A stretch of DNA of 64,000 nt, taken from positions 62,001-126,000 of the forward strand of contig NOWV01000134.1 in the NCBI GenBank assembly GCA_003344405.1, read 5' to 3'. Positions 47,896 through 62,079 of this stretch are shown here, piece by piece. The position numbers and the translations under genes were made by a program. Numbering within the stretch: position 1 is the first letter of the stretch; each line of letters starts with the position of its first letter. The DNA is from Trichoplax sp. H2. Lineage: Eukaryota. The notes beneath the pieces were generated by a model. The model made no database searches and was not told the origin of the DNA. It worked only from the letters and a program-made list of their open reading frames with translations.

Positions 47896-50800
47896 ATGGC
47901 GCACATCGACGATGGAGCAAGAAGCTCTTTCAAAATATTTGCTAACATTTTCATCTCATTCATTGGTTCTGGAATCCTTGCCTTGCCATATGCTTTTAAA
48001 GAAGTCAGTTTACTGATAAACTAGGATAAAATTGGGTTCAAGTGAAATAAACAGTAGAATATACAATCAACTCCACTCGGGGTTGCTAAACGAGCAGTCA
48101 TCGATTGCCACTATCTGGCTGGTCGTTATTGCAGATTATGGACGACTTTAGACGATCATCATCATCATCATCATCGTTCAAGGCTAACTTTACCTATTCC
48201 AAGCTTACTCTTTGTATCAATCGATTCATCAGTATCATGACGATGTAGGTCTACAATCGATTTTCATGCAATGCAATCCGGCATCAATGTTGATACCACC
48301 ATGGCCAGCAATGGACATCATCTTCACTCTCGACGTGCAGCCCATATAATCACATTATAAATCATTTTGTCATGGCGACGCAATCCATAAATTGACAGTT
48401 GCATCACAACCACCAAATCTTTGCTCGATGATAGCAATATCGCGCTGTACTGTAGTATTCCACATGGTACGGCAGGTTTCTTTGCTTGCACACGGTAGCT
48501 TACAGCACTACAGCGTTGAATGGTAATCTTAGCAGGCTATCAGGCGATGAAGAACTTGGATGATGATGATGATAATGTTGTACTGTACTCTAAACTACCC
48601 CTAAACTCTCCAGTCCATGCGAATATATCGACAGTAGAGACAAGTCTGCAGTAGATGAAGAATTCTATTTGATCTGTTGTTTCCACTTACACTGGAGTTC
48701 TATCGTCAAACCTGTTTGACTCTAAAACTAAGCTGCTATGAATTCAGTCGTCCAGATTATTCAATTAATTATTTTTCATTTACTTTTAATCTAATCAACA
48801 AATTTATACATTAGTAATTACATAATACAAGCAGGGATATTATTCATTTCCGCCTTTCCCAAGTAACCATCGATCATTAACTTGACTAGAATAGTATATT
48901 CAAGGAGAAGAGATTTTTTAATTGCAATTTTACCATTCAACATCAATCATTGTTTTGTTCATTCTAGGCTGGTGTCATCGAAGGCAGTTTAATTCTATGT
49001 ATTGTTGGTTTATTAAGGTAAGATCGCATTTTTCCTTTCTAAAGTAGACCAATTTTGCAGCCTGGTTTGGGCTACAACCCAATACCAGTATATGCAAGAA
49101 ACGAATTGACTATGCTGACTCATTAAGAAATTATCTTGTCCATTGGATCTCACAGTATCAAGGCGATGCTTTTGCTAATCGATTGTAAAGATGAAATTAG
49201 TACTTCCAGAAGATGGACACGAACCGTTAATAATAATAATCTTAATGAAGAAGACTCTGCATTTAAAACCAAACCAGTAGAAGTTAGCTATGGCGATTTA
49301 GGTTAATGCAAGATAAAATGTCACATTAAAAATAAATGCTGGGATAAATTTCTTCTATTTGTATGCTTTACTAATGAGTTTACAGTACGTTGGACCAAGT
49401 AGAATTCTATTCTTTGCTAGTCTCTACCATTCGAGTACATATCCAAACTTTCTATCGCTAAGACGTCATTATCTTCAATGGTTGTTTTCCTTTAAAAAAA
49501 TTTTCTAGGATTTTATGCACTCGGCTATTCTGGACGGATATTAGTTGAAACTGCGATAATCATTTCACAAACTGGTAAAGGAATATTAATTTTTAATAAC
49601 AAAGCAGTACTGTCTCATGATTGCAAAACATAGAGTTAAAGAAAGCATTTCTTTCCATTTTGTACTAATTGTATTATAATTACGTATAAATGATTCTCCC
49701 GGTATATTACCTAATGCCGCAAAATCATAAATTGTTGAATAATTATAGACAATTCATTTCGTTCTATTTTGTAACAATAAATGGCTCTCCTGGTGATAAT
49801 TTACACCACATGCAGCAAAATCATAAATCGGTCTACCATAGAATGAAAGTTATAATCGATATTCGTGAACCCTGACATGTTTTCCAACAATTTTAAATCA
49901 TTTGATATGATTCTTGTTGTGGATAGGATTTGGATGTGCGTATTTAATTTTTATCACCGAGAATTTAAAAACCATGGTGGCCGATTATCGAATGTAAGTT
50001 GGCTACCTTTTACAATCTTACATTGCATAATGTATTGTAGTCTTTGACTTGCTATCATACTGGTGTAACTTTGCCAACTTGTTTAAATTTAATTCAACTT
50101 CATTGTAGTTGGCATGTCATAATTTTATATTTACACAGTATTTCGCGCACACGACCGTAGTTGAGAAGCTATAACCACATCTTGCTCTATTACTTGACAA
50201 TGTAACATCTGTTGACATTTTATTCAATATTGGCAGGTTATATTATTTAATCATTCTACTACCTCCATTATTTCTGTTGGTTTGTTTGAAAAGTTTAAAA
50301 AGCCTTGCTGTATTCAGGTTGGTTAGCGCAAAGTAGTCAATTGTAATAGATGACTAGAATGCAAAGACATTGAACTTATAATGAATAATTCTGTCTATTC
50401 TGTCTACTTTGATAGCCTCTTTGCTGATTTTGCCAATGTTTTAGCCTACGGAGTAGTATTTTGGTTCGACTTTGCTCATTTTGGCTCCATTGAGTATGAT
50501 TTTTACCAGTCATTTTTATGCCATAAACGAAATGGAAGCTAATATGTTTTACTTCTTTAATTCTATTCCATCTTGGCACAGAATTCATCCCAGGGTTATG
50601 TCTCTTGATGGATTAGCTTTCTTTCTTGGAATTTCAATATACTGTTATGAGGTTGATATGTCAGCTTTTATTTTTACCTACTTAGACTGAATCGTAATAG
50701 ATATCGTATGCAGTATTATGATATAAGCAATTTTTCAACTGCAAATAGGGTGCCGGGATGATTTTAGAGCTGCATGCCTCTGTTGCGGCCGATAGCAAAG

Positions 50801-51988
50801 ATAAATTTAAAAAGTAATTATATTTGCCTTATATGTAAACATGCGCTTGTATTTGCTCGACTTTAAAAGCTGCGCCTATAATTAAGTGATTTGTCATCCG
50901 GTTTCTATTTCTGTAGTCTATTCAAGATTTCATTAGTTCTAATTACGGTGTTATATATCGCCTTTGGAATGTGTGGCTACTTGGTGAGTTTTGTCAATTT
51001 TTCATTCACAATATTTTTCGCTCTGAGTAAATATAAGAGCATGTATTATTAAGCAATTTTCGCTAGTCTAATAACTCGTTTGTTTTATATTTCAGTCCTT
51101 TGGACCTGCTACAAACAATATTATAACGTTAAATCTACCACCTGGTATATTTTCTATACAAAAATGCTTATCTTATTTTATGTCCAATTACTCTTAATGT
51201 TCTAATTACTATAGGTGTGATGCCCTTAACCGTCAAAATATGCCTGTGCTTCGCTCTATTTTTCACTTACCCAAGTAAGAAGTGTAATATTTGCCAATGG
51301 CGTAGTTACTTTGTACTAACGGTCCAAATTTAAATATTTTCCTTAGTGATGATGTTTCCTGTTATCCACATCTTGGAAGAAAAATTCCTAGTCCGTAATA
51401 ATTCTACTAGCGCTGGGGTAATGAAAGCGTGCAGTGATAATATAAATTATCAGTAATATCTACATTTGAAAGTATAAAGAAAAATTAGTGCTAACATTTT
51501 TTTTTGCGTGGATGTCAATTTCCCTACGTGTAGCTTCTACTTCGCGCCGGAACGGTATTGCTGACTGGAGTAATTGTCCTTGCTATTCCAAATTTTTCCA
51601 CGTTGATGGCACTAGTTGGGTCATGCTGTTGTACATTGCTAGCATTTATTTTGCCTGGATGGTTTCACCTTTGTATATTTCGTGGGTAAGGAGTACTATA
51701 TTACTGCAAGGTTGTCCTAATTCTGAGATTATTACTCTTTAAATCCGATTTACAAAACAATAACTTGTTTCATTAGTGAATTGACTAAAACTCAGGAGGT
51801 ATTAGACTATGGGCTAATCGTGATTGGATTCATTGGGTAAGTTTAGATTCATTTGAAATGATGCATATAAATGCCACTTATCCTATTTGTCAAGCTAATA
51901 AGTTATGGAAATACTTTTATACTTATTTCACAGAACGATTATAGGTACGAAGGACGCTTTGGGAAGACTGATGACGTCGGCACACTAG
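47896..51988 (+). CDS. Aa_trans family amino-acid transporter (SLC36/AVT3-like), multi-exon
   Basis: Exon 1 (47896-48003) reads MAHIDDGARSSFKIFANIFISFIGSGILALPYAFKE. Later GT-AG exons give AGVIEGSL, SYGDLGFYALG, SQTGFGCAYLIFI, FFLGISIYCYEGAGMILEL, FFTYPMMMFPV, IPNFSTLMALVGS and AFILP; stop at 51986-88. Confidence 0.9.
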
Positions 51989-52764
51989 ACGTTGGAATCA
52001 CTAAACATACCGCAATATTTATGATTCTCTTTCTCCGATTGCAAAGTTTTGCAATGTGAAGAATATTATCATTTTCAATCAAATTGCTACAGCAGTACTA
52101 ATTTGTTGTATCTTTAACAATAGTGCATAAGAATTTCGAAAAATTTACGACACACAATTGTGTATATTCTCATTAGTCGGTAAGGTGCTTAACGTTGTAG
52201 TTAGTTCATAACTATGTAAATGGTTATTGCTAACCCGTTATCCCTGCGTATTAAATTGCGTTAGTCTTTGTCATTCGTAGCAATTGACTACATGACAAAG
52301 TGTATAAAAAATTGTATAATATCTTTTCTAATTCGAAACTAAGCATAGTTTCTATGTACGTATTTACCCCGTACTAATACTAGACAAAAAGATTGCATTG
52401 TTAATAATGTATGATTCAGCCTGGCATAACTAGCAGTTAACTGCAATATGATATAATATAAGAGGTTGTCATATCCCTCAACATGTTTAATAATTTGTCA
52501 TTTCTTAAAATATCATTAATTTTAATGAACCATTAACTTACTTTATATGTAATGTATTATATTGGATGATCAGATGTTATTAGTTTGCGACATTTAAACT
52601 AGTAAAATTCGAATAAGAAATGGACAAAAATTGGGAATTTTTTATTTTCCTTCTCTATTTACAAGATTTGTGCTATATTGGTTTGCAGGCCTAATAACCG
52701 TTAAACTATCAGTGAATATTAAAATTACACGGAGATTCTTCATTTGCCGTACTACAAGGATTTT

Positions 52765-55341
52765 TTAGTTAAATAAATGCTTTCTCGCTGCATTCAGGAC
52801 TTTCTTTTCAAATGCTGGCATTTCAATTGGTGTTCCAATGTCATAGAAAGGATTCATTAGGACCTTCAATAAAAACGAGAGTAGTGCAATGGATTCATTC
52901 TTAATGACAGGTCTACGACAAATGGTAATACTATCTGTTAAATGAGCACATTATCGTAAACCGTCAGCAAAGCGACGGGAGTTTGCACTAGTAATTATAA
53001 TATTTATCTACATGCAAAACTGCGATCTGAGTACTACTGTCCATTAGTAGCAGTAAACTAATGCAGCTAATGAATGTAGTACCAAGTATACGCATATAGC
53101 TAATATCAACATGGTCTAACAACTCAACTAAACGGATACTTTCATACCTTTACAAAGAGTTCGTAAACTTCACCAAAAAAATTCTTGATGCCATCTTCGT
53201 TTTTAGCGTCATGTAAAACAATAAATCTAGCACCTAAAAATGTGTTAAGGTAATTGCTCAAACCAGACAATCATTCCATTTACGGTCCAAAAAAACTGTT
53301 CTTAAAACTTTATGCTACAATACTGTATGTTCTAAAATGCTCTAAAGCTATTTCCTTCTTTGGCATTTATGAATACAAAATCTTTTAACAAGTATGAAAC
53401 AGGCCAAGTGCTTGCAAATTGAACCACTATGATAGCAATATCTTGGCATGATACTCAAAATTGGCCTACAGCAGTATAAGCATGAGATTAGAGTTCTTCT
53501 AAGAATGTCATGAAATTATCCATTTCTTATTAGATTAACAGTAGGTCGTCAAAGCAAGGTTACATAAGTACGGCAATTATATGCTTAGCTATAACTGAAA
53601 TGACTTCGCCAGTTGACTAAGACGCGGTAAAGAGATAGTATTAAAGCCGTTATCCGAGACTATCGTAATGCTAGTTTATAAAGTCAAACAATTTCTATGC
53701 TTAGTTTAAAAGGATATCACCAGCGGTAACCAAGGCAGAAACTAGCCATTCATTGAATTTATCTATAACCTTTAAATACCTAAATGGATAGATGCAATTA
53801 CATTACTTCAATTTCATTCTCCATAGGAGGAATTTATACCTCCGTTAATAATATTATAATCAATTTATGTGATAATATGTGTGTTATCGATAGATACTGT
53901 AGAGATGATTGTCAGCAAAATGATCAATATTATCAATCCAGGAAAAAGTATCAAGTGTCTTAACTCTACAGCATTATTTAAGGTGAATGCCGTCATCTGT
54001 TAGATGCAACATCAGCAACTATCGAATTTATAACATAATCTAAGTAGACTGATATGGCATTATTGAATTACTAGAGGCTATACAGTATCATCATCTATTG
54101 ATGCATTTGAAGAGCTTGTAACCAAATTAATGCGAGTACAACATTAATTAATTATCGAATAGTGGAAGGCCATCATTTAATAGTAGAAAAGTAACTGGAG
54201 AACTGGAAGCGCAATTAATATATAACATTATTGAATGGAGATTACATCGTCATGTACTAGTAGATATGTAACTGTATACGAGTAGCTTATCATCTTAACG
54301 ACCCTTGATTAGAAGAATCAATTAAAACTCTGTTACAGGTTAATCGATTCATCATATGACTGTAGCAGACTATTAAGACAATCTAGGATGGATATTAATT
54401 TCCTATGCCTACTCAAATAGCAATAACTTTTACTTACATGGAATTAGTATTCCACATCACCTCATCGACGATATCCAGTGACGAATGGACTATAAACTGA
54501 TTTAAATGCTTATGATCTTCTCTCTTTTAGCCGTGATGAAAAAAGGACAAAGTTTCATCATAAGATACATTGCTAAAATTGTTTATAGGTGCATTATGAA
54601 AAGAAAAATAAAATGGTTGTGCACTTAATAAGAACAAAGTACTAATAATAGCTCTATGCACTGATCCTATTTTCGGTTTACAAACTGACTCTACGTATAC
54701 AAGTAGACGATAGATCCAATCAATGTTGATTATAAAACTTGCATCTAAAAAATGAATGCTTTCACGATACCACTTGTGATCACGTAGGAGACAGACTTGT
54801 CTTGCTTTCATGTAAAATTGTAGATTGCTACTACTGTTGTATCCATATACTACCAGAGGATGTAGTACTCTACTGTACATTAAAACTAGTAGCTAGCAAT
54901 ATCCGTGCTATTGCTTTAAGATGGATATCGACTGAAAATAAAGTTTTTACAGACTCTCTATTCAATCCATCTACCATTCCAACTAGGGTTCATTTTAAAA
55001 ATATCATTTCATGGTGTATATTGATTGACAGTATGGCTACTTTCGAAAATCTCTATCAAGAGAAGACACTTGTACAACGTTTAAAAAAGCCATTCTAAGC
55101 GTACGAATCGATTGAATCGTTGAAAAATAAATTTGGGGATAGGATTTGCTTCCATTTTATTAACCGAGGTCTAACGATAGACGATTGCCATCTCCTCTCT
55201 GCAAGGCTTGCAACTTACTTTATTAGCATTCTGCTCTCGTGATCCACCAATAACATCGCCACCTTTAGTAGCCGACAATTCAATCTCAAAGAGTGGATTG
55301 TCATGGCGTCCAACAATTGCCAAGTAATACTGATTGGTCAT
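52765..55341 (-). CDS. TRAPPC2: Trafficking protein particle complex subunit 2 (sedlin), 5 coding exons
   Basis: Exons approx 55341-55219, 54523-54438, 53779-53718, 53233-53148 and 52863-52765. They translate [21 protein letters not shown]...[20 protein letters not shown]...[53 protein letters not shown]. Confidence 0.95.
53234..53717 (-). other. U12-type (minor spliceosome) intron in TRAPPC2, AT-AG termini
   Basis: 5' end ATATCCTTTT at 53717-53708. Branch site TTACCTTAAC at 53253-53244, 10 nt from the AG at 53235-34. Confidence 0.85.
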
Positions 55342-58021
55342 AGTCTGCAAGATTTTCCTTAATGCTAAGCTGTCGAATGAAGGATGAAAGACTACAAGAA
55401 GCTCAAAAGCATCCAGTACATGGATTAATTGCAATCGATGTCCAATTCTGCCTCTTCCAATATGCTCCTAGGTTGTCTTTTAACTGCGAGTCGATCGCAT
55501 ACGGATCGATTACATTTTAGGTCTGTCACGGGTAGTACAATAAGTCAAGCTATGGATAATCTTGCACCAACAACTTCCCCTAAAACGCTCTCTCCTCCTC
55601 TTATACTGTACGCTATATGGTGTTGTATTTAGGGACAAATCCCTATACAAAGACACTACAGTATTGGAAAGTCCGGCATACCAGTCGGAGGACTAGCAAG
55701 GATTTTTGAAATCTTGCATGCAGGTTTGACTTCTTCTCCATGCACATTAATGCTCCAATCTTGCAAAATGGGACAGATTGTCATGATAATACTCTAATTT
55801 AAGCGATATACAGTACAAGCAATGTGGAATAGCTTCAGATTTGAATGGATTGCCTTTATTCATGTAAGCAATGTCTGATAGCTTCCCGTTCCAATAGGTT
55901 GATTCCCTTTTGGTAACCATGATGGCAATCAAGCAGGCCTACAAGAAAGGCTTGATAGATGGGCTGCTTGAGATTGAAATAGATTGCCTCTTTTAACTTA
56001 GGATGATCTAATTGAAACACAAGAAATGACTGATACTGTCGCTTTCAATGGATTCCCTTTATTCAATACGAGTAGCAAAAGAGCTAATGAGCGTAAGAGC
56101 AAAGCGTCGCACAGCATTTGACCTAGTAAGGCTTATACGAACACGGAATCGGATAGCTAAACTATTCGAGGCAGGAAAAGGTGATGGAATGGCATCAGCT
56201 CAATTTGGAATATAAGCTCATGGACAACAAGTTGGAGTAGAAGCAATCNNNNNNNNNNNNNNNNNNNNCAATCTCAAAGAGTGGATTGTCATGGCGTCCA
56301 ACAATTGCCAAGTAATACTGATTGGTCATAGTCTGCAAGATTTTCCTTAATGCTAAGCTGTCGAATGAAGGAAGGATGAAAGACTACAAGAAGCTCAAGA
56401 GCATCCAGTAAATGGATTAATTGCAATCGATGTCCAATTCTGCCTCTTCCAATATGCTCCTAGGTTGTCTTTTAACTACGAGTCGATCGCATACGGATCG
56501 ATTACATTTTAGGTCTGTCACGGGTAGTACACTAAGTCAAGCTATGGATAATCTTGCACCAACAACTTCCCCTAAAACGCTCTCTCCTCCTCTTATACTG
56601 TACGCTATATGGTGTTGTATTTAGGGACAAATCCCTATACAAAGACACTACAGTATTGGAAAGTCCGGCATACCAGTCGGAGGACTAGCAAGGATTTTTG
56701 AAATCTTGCATGCAGGTTTGACTTCTTCTCCATGCACATTAATGCTCCAATCTTGCAAAATGGGAAAGATTGTCATGATAATACTCTAATTTAAGCGATA
56801 TACAGTACAAGCAATGTGGAATAGCTTCAGATTTGAATGGATTTCCTTTATTCATGCTACTGGAATGCAATAGACAAGTAAGCAATGTCTGATAGCTTCC
56901 CCTTCCAATAGGTTGATTCCCTTTGCTAACCATGATGGCAATCAAGCAGGCCTACAAGAAAGGCTTGATAGATTGGCTGCTTGAGATTTAGATAGATTGC
57001 TTCTTTTAACTTAGGATGATCTAATTGACACACAAGAAATGACTAATGCTGTCGCTTTCAATGGATTCCCTTTATTCATGATACTGGAATGCAATAGACA
57101 AGTAAGCAATGTCTGATAGCTTCCCGTTGCAATGGGTTGATTCCCTTTGCTAACCATGATGGCAATCAAGCAGGCCTACAAGAAAGGCTTGATAGATTGG
57201 CTGCTTGAGATTGAAATAGATTGCCTCTTTTAACTTAGGATGATCTCATTGACACACAAGAAATGACTGATACTGTCGCTTTCAATGGATTCCCTTTATT
57301 CATGATACTGGAATGCAATAGACAAGTAAGCAATGTCTGATAGCTTCCCGTTGCAATGGGTTGATTCCCTTTGCTAACCATGATGGCAATCAAGCAGGCC
57401 TACAAGAAAGGCTTGATAGATTGACTGCTTGAGATTTAGATAGATTGCTTCTTTTAACTTAGGATGATCTCATTGGCACTCAAGAAATGACTAATGCTGT
57501 CGCTTTCAATGGATTCCCTTTATTCAATACGAGTAGCAAAAGAGCNNNNNNNNNNNNNNNNNNNNACACAAGAAATGACTGATACTGTCGCTTTCAATGG
57601 ATTCCCTTTATTCATGATACTGGAATGCAATAGACAAGTAAGCAATGTCTGATAGCTTCCCGTTGCAATGGGTTGATTCCCTTTGCTAACCATGATGGCA
57701 ATCAAGCAGGCCTACAAGAAAGGCTTGATAGATTGACTGCTTGAGATTTAGATAGATTGCTTCTTTTAACTTAGGATGATCTCATTGGCACTCAAGAAAT
57801 GACTAATGCTGTCGCTTTCAATGGATTCCCTTTATTCAATACGAGTAGCAAAAGAGCAAATGAGCGTAAGAGCAAAGCGTAGTACAGCATTTGACCTAGT
57901 AAGGCTTATACGAACACGGAATCGGATAGCTAAACTATTCGAGGCAGGAAAAGGTGATGGAATGGCATCAGCTCAATTTGGAATATAAGCTCATGGACAA
58001 CAAGTTGGAGTAGAAGCAATC
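55270..58021. repeat. Duplicated block (55270-56248 vs 56269-58021) including the start of TRAPPC2 exon 1, bounded by N gaps; probably uncollapsed haplotypes
   Basis: Near-identical sequence with a few SNPs and indels on either side of the gap at 56249-56268; second gap at 57546-57565. Confidence 0.88.
56837..57840. repeat. 224-bp tandem repeat (VNTR)
   Basis: atggatt(c/t)cctttattca recurs at 56837, 57061, 57285 and 57509 (period 224), and again after the gap. Confidence 0.93.
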
Positions 58022-58572
58022 AACTTTGACATAGTTTGGCATGTTTTTATTCAGCCCTAGTAACTCTAGGTACCTGCTGCTAAGCTCTTTTTCAATGCAG
58101 TTGTTTGTATTTGCTAGCGATTGTGATGATAATTAGTTCATATCTCCAGATTAGAGAGTAGGGCATTAGCAGGCGTACGCCGATCCGTCGAGATAAATTA
58201 CTGTTATTCATATACAAATTACTATTGTAAGAGAATCAATAAGTTATTGAAGTTAAGTGCACTCTAGTGCCACATTAGAATTTTTAGTGTCTGCTACCGG
58301 GTTACCGCAAACACACTTGGATTAGCATATTTCCTTGGTAAGTGATTGCATCATGATTAGCGAAGTTGAAAGCCATAATTGTATCAATTTGATCCTATTA
58401 TCACAGTAAAGTGAGAGAAATTGGTTTAGAGTTAAACTCATTTAGGTTATTGCTTTGATTTCTAGTTGTCGACGTACAACGTAAAACCGTCCTAGACAGT
58501 GCACAACCGCAGCAACAAGTGGACAAACAAGCAGCGATAGCATCAGCAAATTAATAACATCTTGTTTGGAAA

Positions 58573-60530
58573 ATGAAGGCCCGGACATTGATAGCTGGCT
58601 TCATTGGTATAACAGCCATCATCATAGCTTATGTAATGCTCAAACCTGAAAAGGAAGTGATTGTCAAGGCCAAGAAGAATCCTTGGTGGTCGGCAACACC
58701 ACCACAGCTAGCCAATAACGATACAAGTATTCGACCATTTAAAGTTCATGTCGAGCAAAACGTATTGGATGATTTAAAAGCGAGATTGAATAATATTCGC
58801 ACTTATCGTTCAATGCCTGGTTGGGATTATGGCACTCAGAGTCAATATCTCTTACCTATCATCGAGTACTGGAAAAATGAGTATGATTGGAGAAAACAAG
58901 AAAAGATACTCAACAGCTTTGATCATTTTAAAACCAACATGTATGGTATCGATATCCACTTTATCCATGCCAAGCCTAAAAGTGATGTTCAAACTAATTC
59001 TCTACCGGTCAAGGTAGTTTTATTAATTCATGGTTGGCCTGGATCTGTTTTCGAATTTTACAAAGCGATACCTATGTTAACCAAGCAAGGATACACTGTT
59101 GTTGCGCCTTCATTACCTGGTTATGGTTTCTCCGATGCACCAGAAGTATCAGGATTAGGTCCTGTCGAAACTGCCAGTATCTTTGCTAAACTAATGAATC
59201 GATTAGGTTACGAAAAATATTACGTTCAAGGCGGCGACTGGGGTGCAGCTATAGCTAGTGATATAGCAAAAATCGACACAAGGTTAAAAAGGAATATTGT
59301 AGTTCGATAGCCAAATATAATACTCCAGCTTAACATGGAACTGTTGCAATTTGCTCATTTCGTCACCTATTGTCATATCCTAGGCACTGTCGTGGAATCC
59401 ACATTAATCTTATTGTAGCACAGTCACCCAATCCAATATATACTTATGGTGTAGGCAGTATTTTCCCTTCTTTGGTGTTTCCCGGTAACAACTAACAGTG
59501 ATTATTAAATTTAAAGTCCTGAAATGGATATTTCTCGATGCTATCATCTACCGTCTATCCATAAATTGAGATATAAAATAACAGTTGTAATTTCCAAGGA
59601 AATAACTCTAGGCTGCATGCAATAATACTGATCTTTTTTGCTTGATGTGATACTGCACATGTTGCAAATGCATATCACTCGTACCTTGCATAAATCAGTA
59701 ATCTTACCAAAATGTATGAGCGTAGTATTCATGAGCATTTATGGTCTTTTCTGACGTTATAGATCCAGAGGAAAGGAAGCGCCATCTGCCAGTTCTAGAT
59801 CGTGCTTTGGATCTATTGCATGAAGCTAGTTACTTTATGATACAAAGTACTAGACCAGATACACCTGGATTTGCTCTTAATGACTCTCCTACAGGATTAG
59901 CTGCGTGGATCTTGGAAAAATTTGTTCGTTGGTCTGGTTGTGCCTTCGAAGAAGACTATACAGCCTGTATGGAAAAGAAATTTACAAAAGATGAGTTAAT
60001 TACTAATGTCATGATTTACTGGGTAACTCAGAGTATAACGACTTCAATGAGATACTACAAAGAGTACTTTGCTAATGATATGGAAGCAAGAAAGTAAGTT
60101 AATTTAGCTGACTCATTAGTCATCTAAGCGTATGATAACAAATAATGAAACGAATAAGTGATACTTGGAAAATTCTTTAGTGATTTATGAATCATTATTA
60201 ATTAAAATAGATCACGCTGTAAACCATTCATGTTTACTCATGAAAACTTATCCATGTTTTACTCATCAAAATTAATTTATCCATTGTTTCAGAGCGAAAG
60301 TTTTAATCCCTACGGGCATAGCTGATTTTCCATATGAATTGGTCCGGCCACCTCTTTCATGGATTAAGCACCTATTCAAGCAAGTTATTACGTATAACTC
60401 TATGCCTGAGGGAGGCCATTTTGCTGCTTTAGAAAGGCCAAACTTGCTAGTACCAGATTTTATTAATTTCGTGATTAAAACTGAAGAACTATATGCGCAG
60501 GACAAAATAGAAATACCACAAGCAAACTGA
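58573..60530 (+). CDS. EPHX1: Microsomal epoxide hydrolase (EPHX1/JHEH family), 4 exons
   Basis: Exons 58573-59282, 59384-59483, 59763-60093 and 60293-60530. N-terminal anchor, IRPFKV, HGWPGS, GGDWG (Asp nucleophile), DSPTGLAAWILEKF, RYYKE, FPYE, GGHFAALE. The symbol denotes the family, not proven orthology. Confidence 0.94.
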
Positions 60531-62079
60531 TCAGTTTTCTCCCATTATGATTGATATTAATTCATGCTACTTGATTACTGCAAAACTCGTCGATATACTT
60601 AGAATATTTACAAATATGATACTAGTACGTGTCTATTAATTCAATCACTGATGATACTCGTAGTTGATGGCGGTGCTAGTTATGGTATTAGTTAGCCGTA
60701 TACTATGCAGTTGTCTACACCTCGGCATATTCAGATGGTCATATAATCGTGTTAGGATAGATCATACAGTTAGATAGCGTTTGGTATACGCGTAGAACTA
60801 TATGAACCAGGCATGTTAATATTATAACCTTGTAGTCTATGAAGATTGACGAGCTGACTAGCAATATGTATCAATAAAGACTTAGCTGAAAACCATTACA
60901 GTAGTCGTTTTCAAGGTTTACATGTTTGCACGCCAATAAAGGTCCACTGATATTGAGATACTGTCATAGGGATATTTTTTTTGTATTGTAGCAACAATTA
61001 TGCTAGCACTTCTATCCTTAACTACTTCATTCCAATCTGGTCTACAACGACTTTAAAGTGCCAATGGTAGTAATGATCTCAATTACTGATACTACATCAT
61101 AAGTGCAGAAATGCATTAGTGATGATGCTAAAAAATGCTCGTCGACAGGGACTGCTGGAGTTTAATGACAGCGTTAAGTCGTTCACGATGTTAATACTAA
61201 GTCCAAGCTAGCAGATTTATAAAGTAATTGTAACTGATAGAAAGTTAGATCATTATACGTACGTACAGCATGACGTGAGAAGTAAGGATAACACGGTCAA
61301 TTTGGTTGATCTAATGAATGAATCAAATACTAGCTAACTTTGGGACATTTCCAATAACTACTCGAATGTTATATCGTCATACGTAGAGTATAATGTAATA
61401 AGTGAAGATAATACTGTCCATTTGGAAGATTCCTTGAATATCGAGCATGGGCTCACTTGGACGTTTTAGTGATGACTGATAGAAAGTTAGATCATGATAC
61501 AACTGTGTATAATATAATGTAATAGGTAAAGATAATACTACCATTTTGGAAGATTTAATGAATCCATCGAGCATTGGCCAACCAACGTTGGGGTTTAGTC
61601 ATTGTATTATAATCAGATTTAGTGATAACTTATCCCGGAATGTAGGACGTGTATAATTACAGTAGAGAAAAGAATCTCTAATTATGCAGTAGCGAGTTCA
61701 AGATTGCAACGGCGATGCCTGTGTATGTACCTTATAATAATAATTAATACATAGTTTCAAAAAAACAAAATCGTTACCCCGTGGATCTGCTGCTATTGGA
61801 GGGATGGCCTTGTTGTCTGAAACGCGGTACTGCAGATCTAGCGGTACCACATTACAATAATAATTCGATCAATGTATACGTTTATGTTATGTTGATATAT
61901 AAATAAACAGCAAACAGTATTTATACAGTATCTATGTAATGTATATACAGTATATGTATATTTATTATATACTACTATACATATATGTTATGGTTAATTC
62001 TAGGATTGTTTTGACTATATTTTTAATTTTTTTGAGGATTAAAAATAAAACCTTGTCTAACCTTACCATTTGCCACTAG

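Noticed and set aside
56269..56329. Second TRAPPC2 gene
   Set aside because: Only part of exon 1 is present, it abuts an N gap, and it is identical to the first copy, so it is most likely assembly or haplotype redundancy.
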